The notes under the pieces: model-generated
The model's input: only the letters and a program-made list of their open reading frames with translations
Told to the model about the DNA's origin: nothing
Database searches by the model: none
Origin: an uncultured Bacillales bacterium
GTDB taxonomy: Bacteria; Bacillota_I; Bacilli_A; RFN20; CAG-449
Assembly: GCA_945929875.1 (NCBI GenBank)
Contig: CAMEOO010000001.1
Coordinates: 6,574-70,573, forward strand
Reading direction: 5' to 3'
Length of the DNA: 64,000 nt
Shown here: in pieces, positions 48,869 to 58,676 of the stretch
Layout of the letters: every line of letters starts with the position of its first letter
Position numbering within the stretch: position 1 is the stretch's first letter
Translations under genes and position numbers: made by a program

Positions 48869-49207
48869 TTATATAATTGATACTACTTTTATTTTGATTG
48901 AAAAAGGAACTAATTCAACCATTGTAGTGATATCTTCAGCAATTTGCTCTTGAATATTTGTACAAATCTTTTCAATATTGTTTCCTTGCTTGATTTTAAC
49001 TTGAACGTTAATTTGAACTTTGCCATTTACAATCTCGCAAGAGATAGGTTTATGAAAAGAAAAAACAAATTTATTATTTTGATTATCTGCAGTTTGAACT
49101 CCTTGAATTTTATTTGTGCTTAAAGAGATAATTTGTTCAAAACATGTTTTAGAAATTCCTAATTTTCCTTTTTTTGAATAATCTTGAATATATACGTATT
49201 CCGCCAT
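48869..49207 (-). CDS. Asp23/Gls24-family (alkaline shock protein-like) protein, YqhY-like
   Basis: 112 aa, positioned upstream of nusB as yqhY is in Bacillus. The family call is by size, position and general composition. Confidence 0.5.
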   Translation of the reverse strand: MAEYVYIQDYSKKGKLGISKTCFEQIISLSTNKIQGVQTADNQNNKFVFSFHKPISCEIVNGKVQINVQVKIKQGNNIEKICTNIQEQIAEDITTMVELVPFSIKIKVVSII

Positions 49208-49257
49208 AAAATCACCTTTCTTTTCATTGTCTTCATTATAAAGAAATTGAGATGAAA

Positions 49258-49286
49258 ATACAAGAAAAGCCGAGAATATCTCGGCT
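49258..49286 (-). terminator. rho-independent terminator after the maltodextrin operon (AGCCGAGA-ata-TCTCGGCT, then a U run on the minus strand)
   Basis: A perfect 8-bp GC-rich stem at 49268..49286 is followed by UUUUCUU on the minus strand. Confidence 0.6.
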
Positions 49287-49319
49287 ATTTGAACATAATA
49301 TTTGATAGTAAGAGAATAA

Positions 49320-51263
49320 TTAGCAAATTCTCATATCAATTTCACGTTGATAGACTTCAGCATCATTGCCATCGAAGTAAACGTTTACTTCTAATTTATC
49401 AAAGCTTGGATCAACTTCCACTAAAAGTTCTTGTCCATTGATATCAAGTCTTGCGAAGCAGATGTTACCATAATCAACAACTTCTTTAACGTTAGCGTGT
49501 AAGCCTTGTCCTTCTTCACCAAAGTGAATATTCTTTCTATCTAGAACATATTTATAAGTTTTCTTATAGCATGAAGGTCCTTCAATTGTAGTAATTTTAA
49601 CTACTTTTTCCATTGGAGAAAGGAATTTAACTCCTTCAATTTCAAAGTAGAATTTTACTCTTGTCTTCATAGTAATCTTTGCATCTTCAGGCTCTTCACC
49701 TGTTGCTTCTTGATAATGTCCATCTACTTTTACAAAAGGAACTTTTTCTTTTTGTTTTACAAATGTTCCAAGTAATGATTCAGCTTCACTTACTGGTTCA
49801 AGTAGTACTTCATCACCATTTAATAGTCTTAATTTTTCATTTCTTAGTGAGAATGAGAAGTTTTCACCTTCTTTAACATCTTTATTAGTTTTTAAGAATA
49901 AATAGCGATCACCAAGGACTAAAGTAACTAGTTTAAAGTCTTTAAATTCTTCTACTTTATGTACTGGTAATGAATAATCCTTTCCTTCGTCGATACAAGC
50001 ATCAGGTGGAATATGAACTGAAACTTCATTTAATCCTTCTATTGCATGAACAAATGCGGAAGGAAGTTTAACTTTAGATCCTAGCATATCCATTTTTTTA
50101 CCAACTTTTGCTTTGACAATAGTATATTCAGGAACATCTTCCATTAAAGTTAATTCGCTATCTTTATCAAATAAATGAATCTTATCGGTATCTACTTTGA
50201 CATTAACGATTTGTCCTAATTCATAAGTTACTCCTGAAGGAATTTTGATAATAATTTGATTTCTACTCTTTAATTCTACTTCTTCATCTAAAGAAAGTTG
50301 TCCATAAAGAATAGATTCATTACCTAATTGTTCAACAACATTTACCTTAGCTTGGATACCAGTATCTTCAGAAGTTACGCAAAGATGATCTGGTCTAATT
50401 CCTAGAATTACAGTTTTGTCGCCATGTAAATAATGATCATGGACCTTTGATACAGTTTCAAATGGAACTTCGAATTTCTTTCCATCATCAAAAGTGACAG
50501 TTACTTGTTCGCCATGTCTTAATAAAGTAACGTCAAAGAAATTCATTTGAGGTGTTCCAATAAATCCGGCGACGAATTTATTTCTTGGCTTATTGTATAA
50601 ATTTAATGGAGTATCAATTTGTTGAACATACCCAAGTTTCATAACAACAATTCTAGTACCCATTGTCATAGCTTCAACTTGATCGTGAGTAACATAAATA
50701 AATGTTGTTTGCAATTTTTTATGTAACTTAGTGATTTCAGTTCTCATTTGAGCTCTTAATTTAGCGTCTAAGTTAGATAAAGGCTCATCTAGTAAGAATA
50801 CTTTTGGATTACGTACGATTGCTCTTCCTAAAGCAACACGTTGACGTTGTCCACCTGACATAGCTTTTGGCTTTCTATCAAGATATTCTTCAATATCAAG
50901 AATCTTTGCGGCTTCTAGAACTCGATCTCTAATTTGATCATTAGGCATATGCTTATTTTTTAATCCAAATGCCATATTGTCATAAACTGTCATATGTGGA
51001 TACAAAGCATAGTTTTGGAAAACCATTGCGATATCTCTATCCTTTGGTTCCATATCATTAACTAATGTATCACCGATAAATAAATCTCCTGCAGTGATTT
51101 CTTCAAGACCTGCAATCATTCTTAAAGTGGTTGATTTACCACAACCAGATGGTCCGACGAAGACAATAAATTCTTTGTCATCAATGTCGATGTTAAAATC
51201 ATTTACGGCCTTATGACCATTATCATAGACCTTATAAATGTGACTTAATTTTAAACTTGCCAT
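49320..51263 (-). CDS. msmK: sugar ABC transporter ATP-binding protein (MsmK/MalK family) with an extended C-terminus
   Basis: Walker A GPSGCGKST, signature LSGGQRQR, Walker B FLLDEPLSNLD and an H-loop are present. The total length is 647 aa against about 370 aa typical. The extra ~270 aa looks like additional TOBE/MalK_C-type beta-barrel repeats. Confidence 0.8.
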   Translation of the reverse strand: MASLKLSHIYKVYDNGHKAVNDFNIDIDDKEFIVFVGPSGCGKSTTLRMIAGLEEITAGDLFIGDTLVNDMEPKDRDIAMVFQNYALYPHMTVYDNMAFGLKNKHMPNDQIRDRVLEAAKILDIEEYLDRKPKAMSGGQRQRVALGRAIVRNPKVFLLDEPLSNLDAKLRAQMRTEITKLHKKLQTTFIYVTHDQVEAMTMGTRIVVMKLGYVQQIDTPLNLYNKPRNKFVAGFIGTPQMNFFDVTLLRHGEQVTVTFDDGKKFEVPFETVSKVHDHYLHGDKTVILGIRPDHLCVTSEDTGIQAKVNVVEQLGNESILYGQLSLDEEVELKSRNQIIIKIPSGVTYELGQIVNVKVDTDKIHLFDKDSELTLMEDVPEYTIVKAKVGKKMDMLGSKVKLPSAFVHAIEGLNEVSVHIPPDACIDEGKDYSLPVHKVEEFKDFKLVTLVLGDRYLFLKTNKDVKEGENFSFSLRNEKLRLLNGDEVLLEPVSEAESLLGTFVKQKEKVPFVKVDGHYQEATGEEPEDAKITMKTRVKFYFEIEGVKFLSPMEKVVKITTIEGPSCYKKTYKYVLDRKNIHFGEEGQGLHANVKEVVDYGNICFARLDINGQELLVEVDPSFDKLEVNVYFDGNDAEVYQREIDMRIC

Positions 51264-51275
51264 TACATTTTCCTC

Positions 51276-53156
51276 CTATATAATTGTAATCGAATATGCA
51301 GGAACATTGATTGAACCAGCAGATAATTTCGCATAGTAAGATGATGAAGAAGATAAAGAATATTTAATTTCAGTTGGTTCTTCTTCTAGACCTAGTTCAT
51401 TCAAAGGTATTGAAAGAGCTTTGCTACTGAAATTATATAATAAATAGATTTTATTACCATTATAAGATTTTTCCATTAAAGAATAGAATTGTCCGACTTT
51501 AATAAAATTTTGCTTTCCTCGAGCAATCTCTGGGAAGAACCTTTTAGCGCGGTTAAGTTCCCTCATGAAATTCCAAAGAGAATTTTCATCATTAATTTGC
51601 TCATCAGCAGGAGCTAAATATTGGTTTGTTTTATTTGCGCCCTCTGCATATTTAGTCATACCTTTTGTATTTGTTTCTGACCAATACATTGGATGACGTT
51701 TGTCAGGATCGGCAGAGCTTCCAGCTTTCATACCAATTTCTTCGCCATAATAATTAAAGCTTACTCCTGATAAAGTATTATTAATTCCCCAAAACATTTT
51801 GCAAGCATTAGCTAAAGCATTATCTTTAAAGTTACCCGCTAATTGATTAATTGCTCTCATAGTATCATGGTTAACTCCAAAATTCGCATCAATAGCATTT
51901 GAATCTGCTTTGTATAAAGCATTATCCCAGTTAGAGACAATTGCTCTAAAATAATCAGAAGCACATCTAACTGCAAAAGCCGTTCCATCGTTAACAATAT
52001 CAAATGATTTTCCAGAAGAAGGGTCACTATATTTAATCTCGACTCCTTCATTAGTTAATTTTTCATACTTTTTATTATATAAACTAGAATTATTAATCAA
52101 AGTAGCTAGTTTAGCTTGCCCACCAGAACCAAAATTAAAGTTCATATAAGATATATCATTTGTGTTTTCATAATAAGAAGTAACACTTGTACTCCAAGGT
52201 CCTTCTGCAACAAGATAGCAACTTTTTTTTCTACCTACAGTTAGTTCCTTACCCCATGAAGATATCATATTTAATACCTCATAGTTTTTTTGTTTATTCC
52301 AATCGAAGTAATGCTCAACTGCATCTAATCTAAATCCACTTACTCCCCTATCAAGCCAAAATTTCATAATGTTTTTAATTTCATTTAGAACATATGGGTC
52401 ATCAAGATTTAGATCAGGCATCCCATCATAGAATGAACCTTCATATAACCAATTTGTTCCAGAAATTGCATGCCATTTTGCTCCACGATAATTATCAACA
52501 TAATCTTTATTAATGATATGATAATAATGTAGTACTGGATTGTTTTCTTTTGCTTCAAGAGTTGGCTCCCCAGTTATAGAATCAAATTCAGAAATTGTTT
52601 GCAATAGAGCTTTTGTTTCTTTGAACCATGGATGTTGATTTGAGGTATGATTAACTGCTAGGTCGAGAATAACATCAATACCTCTTTTATTTGCTTCGCT
52701 AATTAATCGATCAAAATCATCTAACGTTCCATAACTTGGGTCAATTGAATAATAGTTAGTTGCATCATATTTATGATAAGTAGGTGATGGAAAAATTGGT
52801 AGTAGATAAATTCCATCATATCCTAGAGAAGTTTTGCTATTAGGATTGCCATCATTTATATAGTCTAACTTTGAAATTAATCCGTTTAAATCACCAATTC
52901 CATCATTATTTGAATCAAAATATGAATACACTAATATTTGATAATAATTTCTATAGATATCATCAATATAATTGTCAGTATGATCTTCTTCTTGATAACT
53001 AGGTTTTTTTGAATTTAGTTCTACTTCATCTACGACTATATTATCATTTGGAATACTAGTATTTTCAGATGAATTTTGATTATTGTTACTACAAGAAGCT
53101 AGAGTAGAAGTTATAAGTAGGATAGATGAAAGTGTATAAATAATTGATTTTCTCAT
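51276..53156 (-). CDS. GH13 alpha-amylase-family lipoprotein (extracellular alpha-glucan hydrolase)
   Basis: Lipoprotein signal MRKSIIYTLSSILLITSTLASC. GH13 conserved regions are DVILDLAVNHTS, GVSGFRLDAVEH and the YGEEIGM region. Confidence 0.75.
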   Translation of the reverse strand: MRKSIIYTLSSILLITSTLASCSNNNQNSSENTSIPNDNIVVDEVELNSKKPSYQEEDHTDNYIDDIYRNYYQILVYSYFDSNNDGIGDLNGLISKLDYINDGNPNSKTSLGYDGIYLLPIFPSPTYHKYDATNYYSIDPSYGTLDDFDRLISEANKRGIDVILDLAVNHTSNQHPWFKETKALLQTISEFDSITGEPTLEAKENNPVLHYYHIINKDYVDNYRGAKWHAISGTNWLYEGSFYDGMPDLNLDDPYVLNEIKNIMKFWLDRGVSGFRLDAVEHYFDWNKQKNYEVLNMISSWGKELTVGRKKSCYLVAEGPWSTSVTSYYENTNDISYMNFNFGSGGQAKLATLINNSSLYNKKYEKLTNEGVEIKYSDPSSGKSFDIVNDGTAFAVRCASDYFRAIVSNWDNALYKADSNAIDANFGVNHDTMRAINQLAGNFKDNALANACKMFWGINNTLSGVSFNYYGEEIGMKAGSSADPDKRHPMYWSETNTKGMTKYAEGANKTNQYLAPADEQINDENSLWNFMRELNRAKRFFPEIARGKQNFIKVGQFYSLMEKSYNGNKIYLLYNFSSKALSIPLNELGLEEEPTEIKYSLSSSSSYYAKLSAGSINVPAYSITII

Positions 53157-53165
53157 TTTTGCCTC

Positions 53166-54662
53166 CTATTTATAAATAATACCAGAAGATTTTAATAATA
53201 TATTATCTATTAAAGAATCTTCTTTTGATAAATACAAAATTTGATTTACATCGTTTAATTTTATATCATCGTTTGATAAATTGATAACGATTTTTAAATC
53301 GCCTCTAGAATACGCAAGCACTTTACTATTAATATCAATAAGTTGAAATTCGCTTCCTATAAATTCAGAATTTTCTTTTCTAATCTTTATTAATTTTTTA
53401 ATAGTATTCAATATCGAACTTGGGTTTTTTAATGAATCGCTAACATTAGTCTTTTCATCGCCTTGAGGTAAATATAATTCACCTTTGTAAGATGAGAAGC
53501 CTCGATTTATAGAGTTGTCCCATTGCATAGGAGTACGATCACCAGTTCTTTGATAGCCACCATCTTTACTAGGTAGGTCGCGATGCTTCATTCCAATTTC
53601 ATCACCATAGTATACAAATGGTACACCTGGAAGAGTAAAAAGAATTAAGTAGAATAACTTCGTATTTTCTTCATTAAGATAAGTAGCAATTCTTGGACAA
53701 TCATGATTTCCTGAAATTAATCCTAGCAATCCATTATTTCTTTTCGCTGATTCAATTCTTGAGACTAAATCTTGTTTAAATCTTGTTTGATCTCCACCAT
53801 TTAGGACACTTAAACCAGTTGTTTGAGGAGTTGCTCTACCAAGATAGTGGCAGAAATTATCATGATGATCTAAAACAAAATCACAATCAAATCCACAATT
53901 TAATGCTTGATCAGGATTACACCATTCTGAAACTAAAACCATATCAGGATATTCATCTCGAACAGATGTAATGATATCTCTCCAAACTTCTTGAGTAGCA
54001 ATTTTTTCATCATCGTTTTTAACAAGTGAATCAGCCATATCAACTCTAAATCCGTCGACACCTTTATTTAACCAAAATATCATAATATTCTTTATGTATT
54101 CTCTAGTTTTTAACGTTCTCTCATCTTTGTATGACATTTGCCATTTTGGATGAGTAATTCTATTGAATCCGAAATTGAATGCTGGTTGAGTTGAGAAAAA
54201 GTTTACCATGTAACACGCATTGCGATCATATCTACCAGATATTAAACGATAAGGTTGTTCGAGATCCCAAACTGAATTATTCCAAATAAACATATCGGAA
54301 TAAGGATTTCTTTCAGGTAATGCAGATTTTTGAAAAATCGGATTATGCTCACTTGCATGACCTGGAATTAAATCAATAATTACATGTATTCCTAGGTTAT
54401 GTGCTTTGGAAATAAGATTACTAAAATCTTCAAATGTACCAAATCTTGGATCGATATCGAAGAAATCGCTAACATCATAACCACCATCCTTGAATGGTGA
54501 TTTATAGAAAGGGTTAATCCATATTGCATTAAAACCTAAATCTTTAATGAAATCAAGTTTAGATGTAATACCATTTAAATCGCCTATTCCATCATTGTTA
54601 GAATCTTTAAATGATGTTGGATAAATTTCATAAAATATTGCTTCTTTTATCCACTTACTCAT
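53166..54662 (-). CDS. cytoplasmic GH13 alpha-glucosidase (oligo-1,6-glucosidase / maltodextrin-glucosidase-like)
   Basis: The N-terminus WIKEAIFYEIYPTSFKDSNNDGIGDLNGI is followed by HVIIDLIPGH, GVDGFRVDMADSL, VSEW and NHD catalytic regions. There is no signal peptide. Confidence 0.75.
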   Translation of the reverse strand: MSKWIKEAIFYEIYPTSFKDSNNDGIGDLNGITSKLDFIKDLGFNAIWINPFYKSPFKDGGYDVSDFFDIDPRFGTFEDFSNLISKAHNLGIHVIIDLIPGHASEHNPIFQKSALPERNPYSDMFIWNNSVWDLEQPYRLISGRYDRNACYMVNFFSTQPAFNFGFNRITHPKWQMSYKDERTLKTREYIKNIMIFWLNKGVDGFRVDMADSLVKNDDEKIATQEVWRDIITSVRDEYPDMVLVSEWCNPDQALNCGFDCDFVLDHHDNFCHYLGRATPQTTGLSVLNGGDQTRFKQDLVSRIESAKRNNGLLGLISGNHDCPRIATYLNEENTKLFYLILFTLPGVPFVYYGDEIGMKHRDLPSKDGGYQRTGDRTPMQWDNSINRGFSSYKGELYLPQGDEKTNVSDSLKNPSSILNTIKKLIKIRKENSEFIGSEFQLIDINSKVLAYSRGDLKIVINLSNDDIKLNDVNQILYLSKEDSLIDNILLKSSGIIYK

Positions 54663-54667
54663 TTTAA

Positions 54668-55525
54668 CTAACCTTTAACTGCTCCACCAGTAACACCAGC
54701 AATATAGTATTTTTGAGTTGCAAGGAATACTGACATAATAGGAATAGAAATTAATACTGAACCTGCGAAGAAATCTACAAATTGAGTGTTGACTTTTTCT
54801 TGAGTATTAAGCCATTTATACATACCCATAGCGACGGTCCATTGATCTGATTTATTTCTTAAAATAACATTACAGAAGATATAGTCCATCCAAGGGCCCA
54901 TAAATGATTGAACTAATGTGTATACAATAATAGGTTTAGATAAAGGCAAAATAATCTTATAGAAAATTTGAGCATTTGTAGCGCCATCAATTCTTGCAGC
55001 TTCATCTAGAGATCTTGAAATGGTGTCGAAGAAACCTTTAGCAACATAGAATCCCATACCAGAAGTCATTGTATAACATAATGTTAAACCAACTAAAGTT
55101 TGATCTAATTTAACTAATTTTAAAATATTGTAAATTGCTATCATTGACATAAATCCTGGGAACATACCTAGAATTAAATTGATAGACATTAAAGTTTTTC
55201 TTGACTTAAATCTAAGTCTTGACATAGTATAAGCAACAGCCATTACAAAGAAAGTGTTTATGACCATTGTAACTAACGCTACAATCAATGTATTTAAAAA
55301 CCATTGAGGATATTGACTTCCTTTTGCAAATAAATTGATATAGTGTTGGAAAGTAAGATAATCAGGCATGGTTACCATTGCACCTTTACTATTATCATTA
55401 TGAAATGAAATGAATAGAATGTAAGCGATAGGAATAAGCCAAATAATGCTTAACAAAACAAGAAAGATATAAATGATTGTGTTTTGTATCTTTGTTTTTT
55501 TCTTCATACTTTTTACACGTGCCAT
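54668..55525 (-). CDS. sugar ABC transporter permease (MalG-like)
   Basis: 6 transmembrane segments and the EAA loop (LDEAARIDGATNAQIFYKIILP). Confidence 0.8.
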   Translation of the reverse strand: MARVKSMKKKTKIQNTIIYIFLVLLSIIWLIPIAYILFISFHNDNSKGAMVTMPDYLTFQHYINLFAKGSQYPQWFLNTLIVALVTMVINTFFVMAVAYTMSRLRFKSRKTLMSINLILGMFPGFMSMIAIYNILKLVKLDQTLVGLTLCYTMTSGMGFYVAKGFFDTISRSLDEAARIDGATNAQIFYKIILPLSKPIIVYTLVQSFMGPWMDYIFCNVILRNKSDQWTVAMGMYKWLNTQEKVNTQFVDFFAGSVLISIPIMSVFLATQKYYIAGVTGGAVKG

Positions 55526-57105
55526 TATGCAAAATCCTCCTCATTTTTAAAGCTGTTTGAGTTACGATATAAAATTAAGCTGATTATTGATGAAATCAAG
55601 AAAATTAAAATACCAATAACTGAAGCCATCTTATAATCTGGGTTAGTATCCATCGTTAAATTATATAACCATGTTACTAATAAATCTGTGTGTCCAGCAG
55701 ATCCATAGAAGTTATTAGTTTTTGGTCCTCCTCCAGTTAATAGGAATATTACTCCGAAACTATTAAAATTACCAATAAATGTAGTTATTAATGAAGGTCC
55801 CATAACAAATACGACATATTTTAATGTAATCTTAAAATACATTGTAATTGGTGAAGCACCATCGATCTTTGCGGATTCATATAAATCTTCAGGAACATTC
55901 ATCAATATACCGGTTGTACTTAATACAGTATAAGGTACACCAATCCATATATTAATTAAGACTACTAAGATTCTAGCAAAGTCTACTTTAAATGGATGTC
56001 CAAACAAAGTAAATGTGGTTGCTTTACCTAAGAAGTAAATTTTTACGCCAGTGGCCTTTTCAATGAATACAGTTAATGGACCATAATCAGATAAGAATTG
56101 AGCCATGGCTAATAAAGAAACAAATTGAGGAACTGCTACGGATAGAACTAAACAGGTTCTCCAAAATTTCTTAAATTTAATACCTTTTCTATTGATGATT
56201 GTTGCAATAATTATACCAATAAAGAAGTTTGTAAACGTAGCTAAAATGGCCCAAACGATTGTCCATTTTAATATCTCTACAAATGTATAGCCAAAGCCAT
56301 TACCTCCAAAAGAAAATAGCTGTCCAAAATTTTTAAGTCCAACCCAAGAGAAATATGATTTAGGAAAATCAGTAGTATAATCATAATTTGTAAAAGCCAT
56401 ACAAATCATATCTAAAATTGGTAATATATTAAATAACAATATACCAATAATTGGTAGAAATAATAATGTGATATGGAATTTACTATTAAAGAAATCTGCT
56501 AAATCTTCCTTGAATGATTTTATATGTTTCCCTTCTTCCTCATTAGTTTGAATTTGATAAGAAGCATTAACTGTAGCAATGTACACACAGATAAATCCGA
56601 TAATAATTAATATTGTTAGTATGCCATATAACAAGTTTTTTGGTGAGTTATCTGGAGCTATTTTTGTAGGTTCATCACAAAATTCCCATGCGCCATTGAT
56701 AGTTTCAAATACTTGATCAAAACCATCGCAAATATATCCTGAGCCATATGTTCCAACAAATACTAATTTATATAATGCATGAGCTCCAAAAAAGATCATG
56801 AAAAAGATAAAAGCAAACTCTAAAAGCATTAGAATGATTCCTTTTACAATTTGTTTTCTTTTTATATGACTAATACCTAAAACAAAAAATGAACATTTTG
56901 TAAAAATATCACCATATCTAAATGAATGATACATTTTTTTAAATGAAGTACCAATTCTAAAAACTAATTTTTTAGTTCCAATCCCAATACCTTTAATAAA
57001 ATGCCATACTCCATAGATAACTTTTAAAATAAATTCATAGATCTTATAGAAAAATTGTTGATAACGAGGCAACGCACAATAATCAAGATATGCTAATGTT
57101 TTCAT
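55525..57105 (-). CDS. sugar ABC transporter permease (MalF-like, extended N-terminus)
   Basis: EAA loop (YESAKIDGASPITMYFKITL). The start is taken at ATG 57105 (MKTLAYLDY), which has a GAGAGGA ribosome-binding site. The ORF-track start is a TTG inside an intercistronic hairpin. Confidence 0.8.
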   Translation of the reverse strand: MKTLAYLDYCALPRYQQFFYKIYEFILKVIYGVWHFIKGIGIGTKKLVFRIGTSFKKMYHSFRYGDIFTKCSFFVLGISHIKRKQIVKGIILMLLEFAFIFFMIFFGAHALYKLVFVGTYGSGYICDGFDQVFETINGAWEFCDEPTKIAPDNSPKNLLYGILTILIIIGFICVYIATVNASYQIQTNEEEGKHIKSFKEDLADFFNSKFHITLLFLPIIGILLFNILPILDMICMAFTNYDYTTDFPKSYFSWVGLKNFGQLFSFGGNGFGYTFVEILKWTIVWAILATFTNFFIGIIIATIINRKGIKFKKFWRTCLVLSVAVPQFVSLLAMAQFLSDYGPLTVFIEKATGVKIYFLGKATTFTLFGHPFKVDFARILVVLINIWIGVPYTVLSTTGILMNVPEDLYESAKIDGASPITMYFKITLKYVVFVMGPSLITTFIGNFNSFGVIFLLTGGGPKTNNFYGSAGHTDLLVTWLYNLTMDTNPDYKMASVIGILIFLISSIISLILYRNSNSFKNEEDFA

Positions 57106-57122
57106 ATTATATTGTCCTCTCA

Positions 57123-57159
57123 ATAAATAAAAGGTAGCAGTGGTAACCTTGAAAATTAC
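57123..57159 (-). promoter_or_regulatory. intercistronic stem-loop between malE and malF (GGTAGCA-g-TGGTAA ... TTACCA-a-TGCTACC)
   Basis: A 13-bp interrupted stem with a 9-nt loop is followed on the minus strand by a short U-rich tract. It is a candidate mRNA stabiliser or partial terminator setting the binding-protein to permease ratio. Confidence 0.45.
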
Positions 57160-57200
57160 CAATGCTACCGAAATTTTATAATTTAGAATATAGAATTTGT

Positions 57201-58499
57201 CTATTCAGCAGCAGCTGTAATAGTATTTAAGAATGCATCAAAATATACTTCAATGTCATCTACTGATGCAGTCTTTAAGTCATCTCCAAGAGCAGTAGAA
57301 GCATTCCAGAAGCCTCTTTCTGCATAGATTGTAGGTTGACTAAATGTTTTAGTTAATTGAGCAGTTTGTGCAAGAATTGCTTTATCCCATTCAATTGAAG
57401 TATCAGCTGCAGTTGCTGCATTTGTTGGAGCAGTTTTTCTTAATTCATATCTTCTTGCTTGGCTATCTTTACCTGCTAAGAAAGATGCAAATTTGCATGA
57501 TAATACAGGTTCTGCAGTAATTGAGTTAATACCGATTTGTTTAAAATCACCGACTGCTTTCCAATCATATTCTTGTCCACCAATAGTTAATTTTGGAAGT
57601 GGTGCAGCAGCATAAGTACCACCATTAGCTTCAATATTTTCTTTAATCATGCTAGCATTCCATGTACCTGTAACGCAAGCAGCAATTGATTTACCACATA
57701 GAGCGGAGCCATCACCAGCATACAATTTTGATTTATTTGCGCCATTGTAGTAATCCCATACCCATTTAGCAACTTCTAAACCTTTGTCTCTTGGTTGAAT
57801 GCCTGCAGTTCCATCAAGTCCATCTTCACCAAAGATTGTACATCCTGCTGAGAAGAAGTATGATTGTAGATACCAACCATTGCAAATGTCTAAACCAAAA
57901 TTATATGTATAATTTTTAGATGAAACATCTTTTGCAACCATTGTATCCAATGATTTGATATCATCTTCAGTATAAACTGAAGCATCATAATACATAAAGT
58001 AGGTATTAGGTGTAAATGGAATACCATAGTTAACCTCGCCAACTTTACCTGCATCAAGAACACTTTGTTCAATACCTAAATCTTTTATATATTTAGGATT
58101 GATTCCATATAAGACTTCTTGTCTTACTAATGTGCCTAATTGGTCTCCAGCAAAGTGGAATACGTCTGCAGAAGCAGCTGGGTCTGATTTAACTAAAGTA
58201 GCAGCGTCAGCTTCACTAGTGATATCAACTTTGATGTAGTAATCCTTGTATTCTGTATTAGCTTCTTTAAATTTTGCTGCCATTTCTTCTACAAATGGAA
58301 CGTCTTCTTTTGCGCACCATACAACAATGCCTTTTCCATCAGGTCTAGTTGCTGATGAAGTGCTATCTCCTGAAGTAGAATCAGAAGAACCTGGAGCAGG
58401 TGCTTCAGATGATGGATTTTTTGGTCCACCACAAGATGCTAATGTACCAACACCTAGGACTAGAGCGCTAGCCATTAATAATAATTTTTTGTTTTTCAT
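57201..58499 (-). CDS. extracellular solute-binding lipoprotein of a sugar ABC transporter (MalE-like maltodextrin-binding protein)
   Basis: Lipoprotein signal MKNKKLLLMASALVLGVGTLASC, then a Ser/Gly-rich linker. The size and family are consistent with MalE. Confidence 0.8.
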   Translation of the reverse strand: MKNKKLLLMASALVLGVGTLASCGGPKNPSSEAPAPGSSDSTSGDSTSSATRPDGKGIVVWCAKEDVPFVEEMAAKFKEANTEYKDYYIKVDITSEADAATLVKSDPAASADVFHFAGDQLGTLVRQEVLYGINPKYIKDLGIEQSVLDAGKVGEVNYGIPFTPNTYFMYYDASVYTEDDIKSLDTMVAKDVSSKNYTYNFGLDICNGWYLQSYFFSAGCTIFGEDGLDGTAGIQPRDKGLEVAKWVWDYYNGANKSKLYAGDGSALCGKSIAACVTGTWNASMIKENIEANGGTYAAAPLPKLTIGGQEYDWKAVGDFKQIGINSITAEPVLSCKFASFLAGKDSQARRYELRKTAPTNAATAADTSIEWDKAILAQTAQLTKTFSQPTIYAERGFWNASTALGDDLKTASVDDIEVYFDAFLNTITAAAE

Positions 58500-58565
58500 T
58501 TATTTATCTCCCTTTCTTTTTTTAATGAAAAATGATATGAACTTATCTCTTTTGCATATCTACTC

Positions 58566-58619
58566 TAATTTTAATTAACGAAAAACAATATGTCAACAAA
58601 TAAAATGAAAACGTTTACA
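58566..58619 (-). promoter_or_regulatory. malE promoter (TTGACA - 17 nt - TAAAAT) with an adjacent cre/LacI-type operator TGTAAACGTTTTCA
   Basis: On the minus strand TGTAAACGTTTTCA (58619..58606) fits the cre consensus WTGNAANCGNWNNCW. The -35 TTGACA (58596..58591) lies 9 nt downstream, and the -10 TAAAAT follows after a 17-nt spacer. Confidence 0.4.
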
Positions 58620-58629
58620 TTATTTTTAT

Positions 58630-58669
58630 GAAAAAACTCTAGAAAATAATATTAATATTATCTAGAGCT
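58630..58669 (-). terminator. rho-independent terminator after tex (CTCTAGATAATATT / AATATTATTTTCTAGAG imperfect palindrome, then U7 on the minus strand)
   Basis: A long AT-rich hairpin with a GC clamp is followed on the minus strand by TTTTTTT. Confidence 0.5.
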
Positions 58670-58676
58670 AAAAAAT

